Source: Xylographa opegraphella (taxonomy: Eukaryota). Taken from it: a DNA stretch of 64,000 nt. Positions 11,525 through 25,629 of the stretch are shown here, piece by piece. The notes below the pieces were generated by a model, which did not search any database, was not told where the DNA came from, and saw only the letters and a program-made list of their open reading frames with translations. The position numbers were made by a program, and so were the translations under genes. How positions within the stretch are numbered: position 1 is the stretch's first letter; the number at the start of each line of letters is the position of its first letter. The DNA lies in contig JALDZX010000054.1 in assembly GCA_022813865.1 (NCBI GenBank), positions 62,001 through 126,000 of the forward strand, in the 5' to 3' direction.

Positions 11525-12652
11525 CTCCCAGCCTCTCACTCATACTAAGAGAGTTGCGCGTACGGCTCCAGGAACGGACAACGGAAAGCTACTGCCTTCG
11601 ACCTGCTCGTGAGGATAGTCGTGCTTATCATCACGAGGCCAAACAACACAAGCAGCCAGTGATAAAGGAGCAGATACATCTGTCACGATGCAATCTCCCG
11701 AAAGGCTCAATCGGCGTCATCGTGAAGCCAGGCTTCTCGAGGAGGATCAAAAGCTTGTCGCTGCGACGGTGATATTCAGCGGGACTGCTCCCGACGATAG
11801 GAGAATAGAACCGATAAACTAATAATTGATTCGTCCAAGCCCACGATCTCGCCAAAATCTCCGGGAGAACTTGTCTCCGCTTATCAGTGGACCACACCTC
11901 GGCTCCTTGGTATGAGCTCCTCCTATCTTCTACGTACTTCTCAGCATGGGTGTGAAGATCTATCACTTGGGCAAGAATGGAGTCAGAGAGCGAATTAAGT
12001 TAGACTGCGGAGAAAGACGCCTCACATTTACTCGAGGCGAGCGCGCTAGTTGAACATACCTTACCGTCAATACATCAACGCACGCGTTTGGTAAGTTCCC
12101 CATCACCCAATGGAGACACCGCTGAGCCTGGTATATTTCCGGGGCTCTTGAGCGACTCCCAGAACCCCTTAGGGAGAGTCAAGAGACCAGGACCTATGTA
12201 GATATATCAAAGAAAGACAGTGGAGCTCAGCCACCGGACCCTCTACTTGATCAGCAGCTAGGTTTGGTGTTGCCCTCACTCAGTTCCGTCACTGTGTATT
12301 AGTTAGCTCCGCAACACTGGTGTTTACAGTATTTCTGCTCGCAACCTTTTCGAACACGTTCTGAATAATGACACTCGCGTGATTGGCTGCCCGGTGAGCC
12401 ACTCGCTTAGACGTGAGGAGGTATCCATCTAGTGTACTTCCAGTTAGTAGTCAGGGAAGGTAAGACCCCTTTAGTTCAAGCGTTCCCGCAATTACGATTA
12501 AGAATCTTACGTGACGGTCCAAGCTCGAAACAAAACCGCGCGCGCACTATCACCATCGCGTGGCATCCCTGTCGATGATTTTCTCGATCAACAAGCTTGA
12601 TTCTTCCTTCAATTGAGCCTCCACCTCCTGGCGCACTGCGCATCAACTGGCG

Positions 12653-15600
12653 ATGGAGGGCTCCAGGATGATTTGGTTGCAAGCCAGGATCCGGGACGAG
12701 CCATACAATCCTGAGCTGGGTGCAACCACTGGATCGGCTGGGAAGGACCCTATTCTGCCAATATCTCTGGGAATGGTTCCCGAAGATCACACGGTGAACG
12801 ACCTCGCCGGCTTGATCGTGAAGCGATTTGACACTGTCCATCCAGACAAAGGGCGAGTTAAAAACATGCTGTGTCGGGGACCGTTGGAGCTAATGATGCT
12901 GTCGGTGTGCTTAGGAAGCTGAGGGTCAGATATCTACAGACAGAGTATGGGGCTCTCATGAGCGTATTAGATCCGGTAGGGATGCACTTCCCGAGGAGGA
13001 ATGGTCAAGAGCCCGAAAGACCGTTCACCGTCCTTGCGATTCGGTTCCCTCCGTTGCCTGACGAGCTCCAACACGCTGCGCGATTTACTTCAGTCGCCCC
13101 GGAGTCGTCAGCGAGACCCTACAAACGATCACGAGATGAGCTGCAGCGATCAGCCACATTGAATCGATACGGATTGATGCACATGCACCACGAAAACACC
13201 TTCACGAATAAGCGACAGAGGATAAGCAATAGCCGCGAAGGCACGATTGATCCAGATCGGCCCATACGGTCTCGAGAGCGGGATCTGCCGACTATAGACG
13301 CGGACACATATCCCTCTACCAGACAGAATGCTTCAAACTACATGATTGCCGACTCCCAGCAGTCACCCCATCGAACCCGTAAGCACTTGCGGGTAGGTAG
13401 TGTCCAGTAACATTGCAACTAATGATCACTAGACATCATTACGTATGGAACTCCAAACTCTCTTTCCACTGCCAGTATCAATGCCACTGCTTTTCGTCGT
13501 CCACAAGACCCTGCTTCAGTACCAGACTCACCGAATTATAGGGGCGGATCGCCAATGACACGTATGCTTCAAGACGAGAATATACCCCTAGACGCCCCAA
13601 AATCCGAGTCTCCCGAACAGGACAACATCGTATACAGCATTCCTCCATCTCATCCAAGCACTTCACGTGAACAGACAGTGTCACGCACGGAAGAGCTCAC
13701 GGCGGCTTTCATGAAACCTTCTCTTCCCGTCGCTGGAACAAAAACCCCGATTCGTGAGATCCCGAGCGCCGTACTGAGCTCCAAGAAGGAGATGTTCGCC
13801 AACCCATCCAAACCCCCCGATGGCCCTAGACTGGAAACTCCGGGCAAGTGTATGCCCATAGCGCAAAATGGGCTTGGGGTGTTAACCTCGGCAATTTCAA
13901 ATGGAAGCAAGGCTTTCAGTAGCCGTAAGCCCCCTCCGGATGTATATGACGTCCCTGAGTCGGATGAGGAAGGGTCTTGGAGAAGGGATCGAGTGCACAT
14001 TCCCAAGACGTCTAAACAACAGCGTCCTACAGCCGTGACCCCACTATCTGGACCACGCTTCTTCTCTCGTTTCAACGGTCCAGCTATCCGATCATCCTCG
14101 GTCAATCGCAGCGACTCCGAGAATGCTGAGTCACGAAGAGGATCTACAACTAATCTCCCGAATATCGAAGACTTTGATCCGAATTGTTCACTGAGCAAAA
14201 TCTCTGCTCGTGCTCCTGACGATGTTCCAATCACAGAGAACACCGTGCAGCCGGCTATGTATCCATTTGTGGAGGAAACAATACGGGAAGATCCGCCGCC
14301 ATCGGAGCGGAATGATACTCAGCCAACAAGATTCGTTGTCGGTTCGCTACGAGGCAACAGTTCCAACGACCAGGGGATGGTCGATAAGACTACTTCCAAG
14401 CACGAAAACGAAACAGCTGCCGAGCTCATAAAGCCCACTGTTGAGCATGGTATAGACATTGACATGGAGATGACACTGAGTAATGGAAACCAACAATCCG
14501 ATACAAAGTCTCCAGATCAGGCTCTGAACGTAGAAGATATCAATGATGAACACGAAGCTGTGAGTAACGGCCGACAAGCTACAGTCGAGACTTCAGATGT
14601 CGCGAAAACAACGACAGTTGAACAGACCCCGAAGCAAACTCAATCAATGAAGGAAATCGCTCACAACGCAAGCCACAAGGAAGCTAAGGAGGTCAGTGCT
14701 GCGCAACGTAAGACGAAGAAGGCCCACCAAAATGAAATCGAGAAAAAGGAGAGAATTCGAAAAGCGCGTGAGCTGGAAGAGCAACGGAAGAGAGATGTGT
14801 CCATACAGAATGAAAAGCGCTGTATTGGCACTCCTGCGGCAGCCACGTTTCGGCAGAAGTCGATCACATCCCCAATCCCAGGCTCAAACCCAAGAAGGTC
14901 CGTGCTGAAATCTTCAACGGCCTTAAGGTCTAGTTCTATCTCTGCATATGGCACGCCTTCTCGTGGCATAAATGTCGACACTCAGTCTCTATTTTCCGGT
15001 GCAATGTCGCCGTCTCCTGCTCTGGCAAGCCGCTCAGTGTCATTTGCTGATCCAGAGATAACAGAGTCCAAGGCTTCTGGTGATTCGAAGCCAAGCAGAA
15101 TAGACGCGTCGAAGGGGAAAAAATCCCAGGAGGAAGCACCTAAAGCTGCCATCATAGCCACAGAGCCTATCAAGATCAAGGAAAAGCCACAGGAATACTA
15201 TGGAACCCTGAGAGACCACTTGCGGGCGCGAAAAGCAGCGGCAGAGCATGAGAGAAGGGAACTTGCAGGGTCAATTGAGCTCAAGACAAAAGCAGTGAAC
15301 GCAAAGACGGGGAAGACAAAACCAGGCGCTATACAAATGGAGCTGCAAGTAATACGCGATAAAGGCAAAAAACCGGTTTACGACCCCCCATCACCCCCTA
15401 AGCCAATTGTGTCCCACCTGCCCAAGGAAGTTGAAATGGATGAAGACAATATCTCTAGTACACCCCTACCTCATCTAGGAAATCAACCTGGTCCTTCCAA
15501 AAGTCGTTCTACTTCGGCAAGTGTGTCGTCGAAGGAAAGAAATAGAATGCTTGAGAAGGAGCCAACGATGTTGAAGGAAGCACCCAGAATGGATCAAACT

Positions 15601-16603
15601 CCAAATTTAGGACGCATAAGTGAAGGCGTTGAGGCTGCCGGGCATTCTGCGATAGATGATCCACTTCTGAGCAAATCGGTTTCGCGATCTCCTGCACGGG
15701 AGGTGATTTCCTCGGGTTCGTCACGGTCCGAGTCTGACTCGGGCTCCGGATCACAGAGCGATTCCGAATCAGAGGACGTGAGTTGTGAAGAGAGAAATGT
15801 AACATCTTCAAGTTTGAATTCGGAGATCGGAAGGACGAAAGTTACGCATCAAGCTATGATGGCGTCTGTTTCTAGAGGAGAGAAAGTATCGTCGGAGAGT
15901 GAAACAGACTCGGATGACGGGAAGCTTCCTACAATGAAATCGCAGTCAAGAACAACTAAGTCGCCCGTGCAGTCTGATAGTGAAACGACTGATAAAGATG
16001 AGGATGAGAATGACCAACTAGCTCGTCGATCAGTAAGTACTCGGGATGGAACTGCCAGCAGAAGCACGAGTATTGTGGACGAGGCCGAACAGCAGCTTCA
16101 GCGTGAGAACCGCCAATCTATGGAACCATCCCACTCATCACAGATGTATCCGCCTCGAAAGACGGCAAGGATGGCCGGACTTCCCGTAGTTGCGCAACAA
16201 GAAAGGACGACTAACTTACTGTCGACTGGGACCCGTCTCCCAAATCAGCGTATGCACTCTCTGTCTAGCATCATGAAGAGTACATCCACTCCAACCGTGA
16301 CAGCCGGGAAGAAGCCCCCCGCACACAAGTTGTCCTCCATGAAGACAGCGGATAACCTTGGTTCAAGGGCGGGCATCTATTCGCTTCCGGTTCCCACACC
16401 AAAAGGCAGTGCCGATAGTCGAAGTAGCTCAGAAGACGAGGACGAAGACGAAGACGATGATGACGATGATGACGATATGGACGATGGGAACAAAGGCAGC
16501 GCTAGTAAAGGGTTTGTTGGCGTGCTAAAACGTAAGCTTAGAGTTGATCGATTATGTTGTACCTTTGCTGACATCGATAGTGGGCAGACAGATGTATGCT
16601 TAG
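12653..16603 (+). CDS. Large low-complexity protein with possible Net1/Dnt1-like (Cdc14-binding) N-terminal domain; introns 12853-12914, 13379-13432, 16532-16580
   Basis: Three ORFs join in frame through spliceable introns; N-terminal TVNDLAGLIVKRFDTVHP-KLRVRYLQT resembles the Cytokin_check_N pattern; the rest is Ser/acidic disordered sequence with a coiled-coil stretch. The family call is tentative. Confidence 0.55.
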
Positions 16604-17235
16604 GACCAAGGAGTGTACCTGATGTATTGGATGCTGGCCAGGAAGGCCATGGTGATTCGCGTCTGCATTCCGCTCTGATTAAGGCAGTCGAGTGTCTCAG
16701 ACAGTTACTAGGCCGCGTTCAGTTTCTTGCGTTGTCGAATTCCAGAATATAAAACTAATGGCACTAAGGTATTTCCCCGGATTTGCAGAAATCCGGGGTG
16801 TAAGTCATCCCATCGCATGTGTTGATATCAAGTGCACGCGCCATCCCAGTGAGATCATTCCGATTTCGGTCAAGAAACAGAAGCATGATTCGTCCCTAGA
16901 CTACCAACGGTCTATGTGTGCGCTGTCTCATATGATGATAGTCCGTTCTCAGCTTGCCTTCTCGGAACCCCGGCACATATTCAAGGTGTTCCATGCGCGA
17001 GAGGTGTTTTTTTCTCAATAGAGAACAGACGCTCCTTCCTGGTGGCTGGGAGTATCTGCTATCAGGGATTTCACAGCCGTTGTTGTGAAACATGCACTTC
17101 GTTATGCCGGATGATAGTGAAACTATCGAAATGCGGACCTTGGCGTTGACATGCGGGAAGACACCCTTCCTACTGATTCCCTTATGTGACTTCTCTGCGC
17201 ACTTAGGAGTTCGGGTCTGTTTCGGACAGACGTTC

Positions 17236-20200
17236 ATGGCGGCATACTCTCCGCAGTGGCTGAGCTGGCTGCTTTTTCTTTTGGTCGTATCAGCAGGTCG
17301 GGGAAGGGCGCAGAGTACATGTATGTTATCATCTGTGATGCTGTGGGCGACCACCGTTGATTGGTGGCGCTTGAGGCATTGGTTGTCAAGCGGAGGAAGA
17401 AGCGTCGTGTGCGTAATCCTTCTACTACAAAGCTGACCAAGGCTCTAGCATCATGCCCTATGACAGTCACGGTCACAGCGACGGCGACGGTGTACACGAG
17501 CTCGAGTGCTTCTACGGTCTCAGCAAGCGCATCAACAAGTCTGGATACAGCTTCATTGGCCACTTCCTGCTCGTCCTCATCTTCGAATAGCACTTCGTCA
17601 GCGTCTTTTTTCCTCAGCGCTTCAAGTGGCTCGGAGTCTAGCACACTTTCTAGTGTTGCAAGCTCTTCAAGCACTGCTGGCTCTTTGATTCCTTTGGCAT
17701 CGGACTCCAGCTCTTCTTTAAGTACTACGATACCTCCGGCTACAAGTGAGCTGACTGGTAGCTCGGGACCCGGTGGATCGTCGTCTCCCACGGCGTCTGC
17801 CAATTCTACGGTAGCTTCCAGTTCGCCAGGACCTTCCAGTTCGCCAGGATCTTCCACTTCGCCAGGATCTTCCACTTCTCCGGGACCTAGCTTCACTCCG
17901 AGTTCTCCAAGCTCCTCAATTGCGAGCGGCGTCTTTACTTCAGGATCTTCGGTATCTTCGGCCACCGCCAGCTCTTTGATCTTTCCGGGATCAGTGTCCA
18001 GCTCAACCACAAACTCTACAATACCTTCCAGTACAGGTAGCTTATCTGCCAGTTTGGGCTTCGGCTCATCTTCGTATCCGACGACAACTCTCATTTCTTC
18101 AGGATATAGCTCATATTCTGGTTCTGGAAGCTCTTCAACTGCCAGTGCTAGCGGTACCTTGAGTGCTTCAGGAGCCAGTTCCTCTCAAGGTCCAACGAGT
18201 TCTTCAAGCTCGAGTGGTTCTATCCTCAGCGCCTCGGAATCAGCGTCCAGCTCATCTTTGAGTGTCGTGGCCTCTTCAGCAGCCAGCAGCGCTTCCAGTG
18301 CTCCAGGATCTAATTCATCCTCGATTTCAGAGAGTTCTTCAAGCACGAGTTTTTCTTTCAGTGCTTCTGAATCAGGAACTAGCTCATCTTTGGGTATCGC
18401 AGGCTCGTCGGTCACAAGCAGCAGCACTTCATCAGCTTCATCCGTCGCACCATCGATCGTGCAAAATGCCCCCCCATACATTTATGTCGGCACTTATCAG
18501 AACCCAGGTGACTATATAATTGACAACCCCCAGGTTATTGGAGACGCGGGAAGTATTGAGAACTGCGCCGCAGACTGTGCTACGAGCTACTACAATTCTG
18601 GCAATAGCGCACGATACTTGTACATGGCTTACCAGGCTGGTAATAATTGTCTCTGCGGCTCTGATCTGGATAGCCGTGCAACGATGTCAAATGGTTCCTT
18701 AGAGCCCTGCACAGATGATACATCAGAGGCGTGTAGTGGTTCCTTTAACGGTGCTGATATTGCGGTTGTCTACTCAATCTTTCTAACCTCGAGCACTTCT
18801 GCAATGGCCACTTTCGGCTCAAGCAATAGCGTTTCAGCTACCTCCAGCAGACAATTGACTTCTAGTATATCTTCCGGTGTCAGTTCGGCGTCTTCCACTG
18901 TTGCTGTCACACCTTCCAATACTGCGCTAACGTCTAGTACCTCATTGATAACTTCCAGTGTGTCACTAAATACAGGTAACAATGCAGGCGTTACTGTTCC
19001 GAGTACTCCTGATGCCTCAGCAGCGAGTGTTTCAAGCACCTCTACATTAAGCACTTCCAGTATTTCCAGTCTAATCTCTTCATTGTCAAGTGGATCTGCA
19101 GCTTCTACGTTTGGCACTTCTATTGTTTCATCCTCGACAACTTCGAGCAGTTCTTCTTCAAGTGGCTCTGGCGCCTCGACCTCTGCCAGTCCAAGCATAT
19201 TATCTGCAAGCAGCTCTGGCAGTTCCAGCAGTTTCGGCAGCTCCAGCGGTTCCAGCAACTCCGGTATTTCTAACTCCGCGACAGGCACTTTTAGCAGAAG
19301 CAGCAATTCGGGCATTTCTACAGTTCCTAGTTCGAGTATCCGCATGCTTTCGTCAAGTTCAGGAATTTTCAGCACGAGTAGCAGGTCCTCAATAGGCTCT
19401 GAATCTTCGAGTTTGAGCACCAGCCTACAAATCCTTACTTCAGGTACTTCAAGTACTGTCAGCAGCTCATCGCTGAGCCTTCCACCTAGTCCTTTTGGTA
19501 GTAGCTCAACCACTCCTGCGTCTGCAATTTCCAGCACGACTGGGAGCCTTGAGTCTGCTAGCACAAGTGGCACTTTCTCGACAGCCTCCGGATCTCCCAG
19601 TATAACCAGCATCTCGACCAATCACGTATCAGCTACTTCCAGCATAGCTGGTAGCTCAGGAACTTCTCCTCTAGCCACGTCCAGCAGCTCTTCGATCATC
19701 CCCGATGCCACGCCGACGATTGTAGCCAACGCATCGCCATACATCTATAACGGGACTTATATTGATAATACAAGTAATCTTACTATCACTGGCGGCCCAG
19801 TCAATTTCAATATTGCTAGTGTGGAGGATTGCGCGTCATTCTGCGGATCATATACATATATGGGCCTAGAAGATGATAACCAATGTAAGTAGTTGTACGA
19901 GGATTATCCTTATCCAGGACTAACTATCGTTAGGCTATTGCGGTAATACCTTTGTGAACAACGGCGTCGCACTCAACAGCCAGAACGTGGCGTGTACGGG
20001 TGATGTATCCGAGGCGTGCGGAGGGCCAAGTGATATGGCTGTGTATACGTTCTCTGCGGAACCAAGTAGCACTTCGTTTGGCATCCCAACTAGCTCATTT
20101 TCGACTGACAATTCGGTATCAAGCACTTTTCCAGCGCCCGGAAGTTCAGTATCAGGTACTGGTTCTGAGATAACCGCTTCTTCATCTGAAACTTCTGTAT

Positions 20201-23200
20201 CGAATGCTCTCAGTACGAGCACCAGTTCTTCGACTAGCTCTACCAGTGCTGGACCCACTGTTGTGCAGACTGCTGCCCCATTTGCCTACTCTGGTAAATA
20301 CCAAGATACCCAAACAGGGCGAGTTTCTGGTGGTACAGTTACCTCCGGTATTTCCAATGTGCAAAATTGTGCATCAATCTGTGCTTCATATCCCTATATG
20401 GGGGTGGAGAATGGCAACGAATGTGAGCATCCGTGCAGGTTAAATGTGCCAGCTTCATCACTGATTTAGTTACAGGTTACTGCGGTACCTCGTTCGATGA
20501 CTCTCCTAGTACGTCAAACGAGCCCAACGTCGCTTGCAATGGCGATCCGTCAGAGGCATGCGGTGGCACGGGAATTATCGCTGTGTACACCCTGGCTACA
20601 GGCTCCAGTAGCTCGATCTCGTCAAGCACTGTCCCGTTCATCACATCTGCCTCTTCCAGTAGTGCATCCTCCAGCCAAAGTGTTTCGAGTTCAGTTAGCA
20701 ACGCTCTAGCATCATCGATCAACGGAGGCAGCAGCAGTAGCATTTCTTCGGCTTTTGCCTCAGCTTCGACCGCCTTAGATACCGCAAGCCAATCATTGGT
20801 AAGCTCCAATGTTGACACCACGGTACTCGTGAGCAGCAGCAGGAGTAGCGGCAGTACTTACGTTCCAGAATCGTCTTCGTCAATCATTAATGCAGTTGTA
20901 GTGCAGACTGCGGTGCCCTATGTGTACGTTGGCTTGTACGCAGACTCTACCACAACACCTCAACTCAACGGACCTCAGAATAGGACTATCGCGAGCGTTG
21001 AAGCCTGCGCTGATTTTTGTTTGACATATCCCAACAGCGGACCTTATGTCTACTTTGGAGTTGAAGATTACACAGACTGTAGGTCGCCCTCCTGACCTTT
21101 TTTCAATCTTTCGCGTTCAGCTCGACTCGAATGTATATTCTGATAGCAAGCTTTAGGCTACTGTGGTACTACCATTGCAAACAGCGCTGCTACAACCAGT
21201 GTTACTACATACCCCTGCGGTTATTCGCCGTCTGAGAATTGTGGAGGTACCAATGCAATCCTGATATACTCAAATACACTCCTTAGCTCGAATTCTACAA
21301 TGCCCGTCTCAAGTTTGACTACATCCTCAATGGTTTTACCTTCGAGTTCTGAAACTGGGGGCGATTTCTCTTCAGCCCTAGCATTCTCTCTGTCAAGCAA
21401 TGTTGCACCAAATCCCACGACCGCCAGTACGACATTGGTCATTTCTAGCAGCGGCAGTAGTCTCTCATCTGCCTCGATTCCACCATCAACGAGCGCAATT
21501 CTTTCTACAAGTTTACCATTGCTACATTCAGTAATCCCGTGTCGTCGCCAGGTTCCGGTACAATTCCTCAGAATTCTATGACTTCAGGAGCTCCCGGATC
21601 CACCTCGTCAACTTTCAGTATTGTTTCCTTTCCGTCGACGCAATTTTCAAGCAGTACTAGCACGACTTTGATAATCGCTAGCTCTCAAGTCTCTTCGGGT
21701 TTCAGCAGTCCACCATCTCCCACGACGGCAACCCCCTTTTCGTCAAATGGTGGCAGTCCTATGGCTTCTGCTTCTGGATCGGATATAGTGTCAAATTCCA
21801 ATTCCGCAGTCTCACTACCGCTCCCTTCATCGAATAACAGCAGCTTTGCGTCCTCATACGGATCAGCAACACTGACAGTTTCTACTTCTGGATCTCTGAC
21901 GTCGTCATTTTCCTCGTTACCGGCTTCCGCAACGCCGCTACTCTCCATAGGTAACTACAATTATGTTGGATGTTATACTGATATTAGTACTACTGCAGCA
22001 CTTGGAGTTCCGGTCTCTGGAACAGGATTTACAAGTCTAACCTGTGAGTTTGCTTGCGTTGGTTACACCTATTTTGGATTGGAGAACGGCGGCACATATA
22101 CGTATGCATCCGCAGCTTTTAGCATCATTATTTAACAGCTGGATAAGGTTACTGCGGAAACACACTCGCCCAAGGAAGCGTAATTGTCTCACCAAGCGAT
22201 TCTCTTCAATGTTCCGTACCCTGTGTGGCGAACACAACCCTTATATGTGGCAATACGAGAAGACTTACCCTCTACGATTCTTAACTCGGACTAAATAGCA
22301 TTATCTCCTCGGGGACGATTCTGTCGGTTGGAGTAAGTGCGGGAATTGGGAGCTCTACTACTATCAATCTTGGTACGACCACGATCACCTCTTTCACTGG
22401 ATCACTGAGTGGATCGTCTTCTGTCAGCAGTGATATCTCCTTGTCTTCTACTTCATTCACTTCAGTTCTTTCGGGAACCTCTAGCGGCTTGATTTCCTTC
22501 ACAAGCTCTACTATCTTGAGCGCCTCAGTAATGATCTCTGGATCTGGACCATTAACCGGGAGTTCTTCTATCGGGATTACCACGTCTTTATCTCCAAGTT
22601 CTACTTCGGCGGGCTCTGGGACTTCGACAAGTAGTGGCTCATCCTTACTCTTCTCTGCATCCATTGGTTCTACCTCATCTGTAAGCGTTTCCGTATCGAC
22701 TGGTAGCTATTCAACAGCTTCAACAACTACAACAACTTCAGCGCTTTCATTGTCTTCGGCGTCCTCCAAAAGCTCAACTACCTCCACGGGCACTACTTCG
22801 CCCGGCTCATCTAGCACTCATCCCACCAGTCCCTTTTCTACTACGACCCCTCGCTCATTGTCCTCTTCAACGGCAGCGGGAGGAGCACCTACCCTGTCGC
22901 TTGGAGCCGGAACTAGTAGTGTTGGCGTTGGAGTGGGTGGGAGCGTTGTAAGCCTTGGAGTTGGTGGTTCGAGTCCTGGGCTCGGTGTTGGAGGCCTTGG
23001 GCGCCTTGCTCTAGCGGCTGCTACATCCACGACTGTGGCGCTTGATTATACAGCTGCCTCTCCGGCTGTAGCAGCTCAACCTACCATGGTAGCTCCTGGC
23101 AATATTTCGCCAACTGCATCAAACTCCGAATTAGCAAATACCAAAAAAGCCGAACCAGCTGTCACGCCAACGGACTTTGAAGCAGTAGCGACAACCCCGC

Positions 23201-24231
23201 AGACTGCTCCACCCAATACTCTAGCTATTTCTGCTGTAACACCGGCTATATCCGGCAACAATGCAGCGAATACCGGGAATAGCGCCATCATGCCTCTGAA
23301 CAGCGTGGCAAGTGCTGGGACCCTAGATTCAAGCAGCATAGGTGAAGCTGTAGCTACAACATCCACGGTTATTGTTAGTCTGCCATTGTCACTGTCTCCC
23401 TCCGCTTCTATAGACACGCTGCTCCAAAATTCTACAAATGGAATCAAAACTGTCTGGACCATTATTACCACGACTGTGATTCCCACGATTTCTGATCAGC
23501 CTGTCCATGGTGGGCAGAGTACTATCTTCCCCTCTAGTTCAGATACAGATGCAGTTCCTGGTCCTTCTGGAAATAATGCACCCCTGGATGGCGGGCAAAG
23601 CACAAATGCGTTGCCTGATATAGGTGCGAGTGACGGCGTGAGCTCTGGCGGCGGTTCAATCCTTTCGACTGAACAATCGGTCACAGGTGGGGAGGGTACT
23701 TATCCTTCTTCTAGCGCCATAAATGGTGTAAACGCCAACACAAATGATGGCATCGGTACCACGGCCTCCGTTGTAGCAGGTAACAGCGGAGACAGCACCA
23801 TCGTCCCTCCAGCCCCGAGTGCCAGTTCAGGTACCGCCATACACATTACACCATTATCTGTCTCAACTCCCAGCACATTTCCGAGTTTGGCTTTGACTAC
23901 ACCATCTTCATTCTCAAACGGAACTCTCACTACGGGAGAAAGTCCGAGTCCGAACGTGATCACGAATTCCAGTCTGTCTGCCGATATAACGAGCGGAAGA
24001 CCGCCAACAATGAGCGAGCTTACTCTGGTAGAGAATGGTGAAACGATCACTCTAACAGCGGTGGCGGCAAAAAGTGGTAGCATACAAAGCACTTCCGGTT
24101 CCACTGTCATCGTTGAGTCGTCAAGTAGTAGTATGGCTGGTAGTCCACCATCGAGCAGTCTTGTCATGAATATTTCGGGAAGGATAGCGTCTAACACGTT
24201 TGCATTGCGGGGGAGGGGCTTCTTTGGTTAA
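17236..24231 (+). CDS. Giant secreted Ser/Thr-rich mucin-like protein with five WSC-like domains; 3' part appears disrupted
   Basis: Signal peptide MAAYSPQWLSWLLFLLVVSAGRGRA; intron 17321-17448; repeated YxYxGxY...CAxxC...YMGxExxxxCYCG...C.G..SEACGG modules; lesions at about 21512, 22098 and 22282. Confidence 0.8.
17813..17890 (+). repeat. Coding 18-bp tandem repeat (about 4 copies, TCTTCCA(G/C)TTCGCCAGGA) encoding SS(S/T)SPG
   Basis: Directly visible direct repeats; protein SSSPGPSSSPGSSTSPGSSTSPGP. Confidence 0.8.
21512..24231 (+). pseudogene. Degenerate 3' portion of the WSC/mucin gene
   Basis: Apparent 1-nt frameshift near 21512, expected splice donor reads ATACGT at 22098, in-frame TAA at 22282-22284. 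Confidence 0.55.
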
Positions 24232-25629
24232 GGTGTTTGTTCCTGTCCTAAGTTAGGAAAGTTAGGCGGTGGCAAAAATCTGAAGGCATGGTATTAAAAA
24301 CAACGGCGGCGGGAGTTTACAGTTACGGGTTGAAGGGAGCTTTCGGTACGGACGCAAAGCACTGACGATACTTCGGGCAAGCATCTGCCTGGACTGCCCG
24401 TACACTTTTTTGATGCTGGCGGAATTTGTTTTGCTTCCTTTGTTCGCGTCTCTTCACTCTTTTGGACTTTCTTTACTTATAAATGGCACTGCTTTGGAAC
24501 ATACTACACGACCGGGTGCGTCAGTTCTCTTAGAGCGTGATATCCTGTGATGTGTTTCACCCTCGACTGTTAGCCGTGGCTTCTAATACAGCCACCATCC
24601 TCCCCATGCGACCGACCATGTCTGGACGTGAGCCAGTGCCCTCCTGATTAACAACTCCTGTCAGTCGAAATCGATGATGTCTAGGTCCTACTCATACATA
24701 CTAATCAAAACCCTATAGCAGCGGTGTCGGCTAAGTCAAGCAATTGTAAATATCTTGATTCCGATATACACCAAGTTGAACTTGAAGTAGAGACACTTGG
24801 ATTGCCGTTTAGTCTAAGTGATTATGCCAATCAGATAAACACCTAGTTAATGGGACTCTAGGTCAATAAGAACACCCGAAATAGTCAAATGACCCTTCAC
24901 TTCACTGGCCCCAGAGAAGGCAGCTGGCTCATGTGTCAACTTTGGAATGAGAACCAGGTGGAGTCGCGACTTCGATTTCCCATCACCAGGTAGATATACA
25001 CCGCCAATACGCCTTCGGTTGCTTGTCCTGTAGATGGTTTCCAGAACCCATTTGCATGATATGCAATCATGTAGCAGATATGTATGTTAACTTTTCAAGC
25101 ATTCAAAATGTCCTGCTGGTTGGAAAAGAGCAGACGATAGATAGCAAAGGGTCCACTTTGTCGAAACGCGGCCTAATTCATTCGTGACTGAGAGACGGAA
25201 AGCAGCCAAGCGAAATTCACAAGGAGAACGTGATTCGGAAGCAACATCGTCCACGCCGCAGGGCGGACTTGGGTCCATTGCTCCGCTTCGATAGAGTCAT
25301 GCATTGGAGCTCGAGCGACATGTCCGGTGCACCCACAAGACCTGAATCATATCCTCAATCCCGCTGCCCACCTCTGGATCTGACTGTTTTTGCGATTCAC
25401 AAACTGTCCCTGTTCCTATAACTAATATCTTCACTCAGCTTTGCCGTCTCCCATTCCCTCATCTCTTGCTCAGTTGCCGCCACTCCATCATCGAGTTATC
25501 TTCTCATCACCAGAGTCATCAACTCCACTTGCGAATAGCTATCTCAACATCCACTATTCCTGTTGCAGCAGCATCAGAGACACTCAGCTGATCGCTGCTC
25601 AACAGGCGTCATTCGACGGCATTATCAGG

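Noticed and set aside
24268..24276. Exact PACE/Rpn4 site GGTGGCAAA
   Set aside because: Lies just after the WSC gene stop, far from any proteasome gene; compatible with chance
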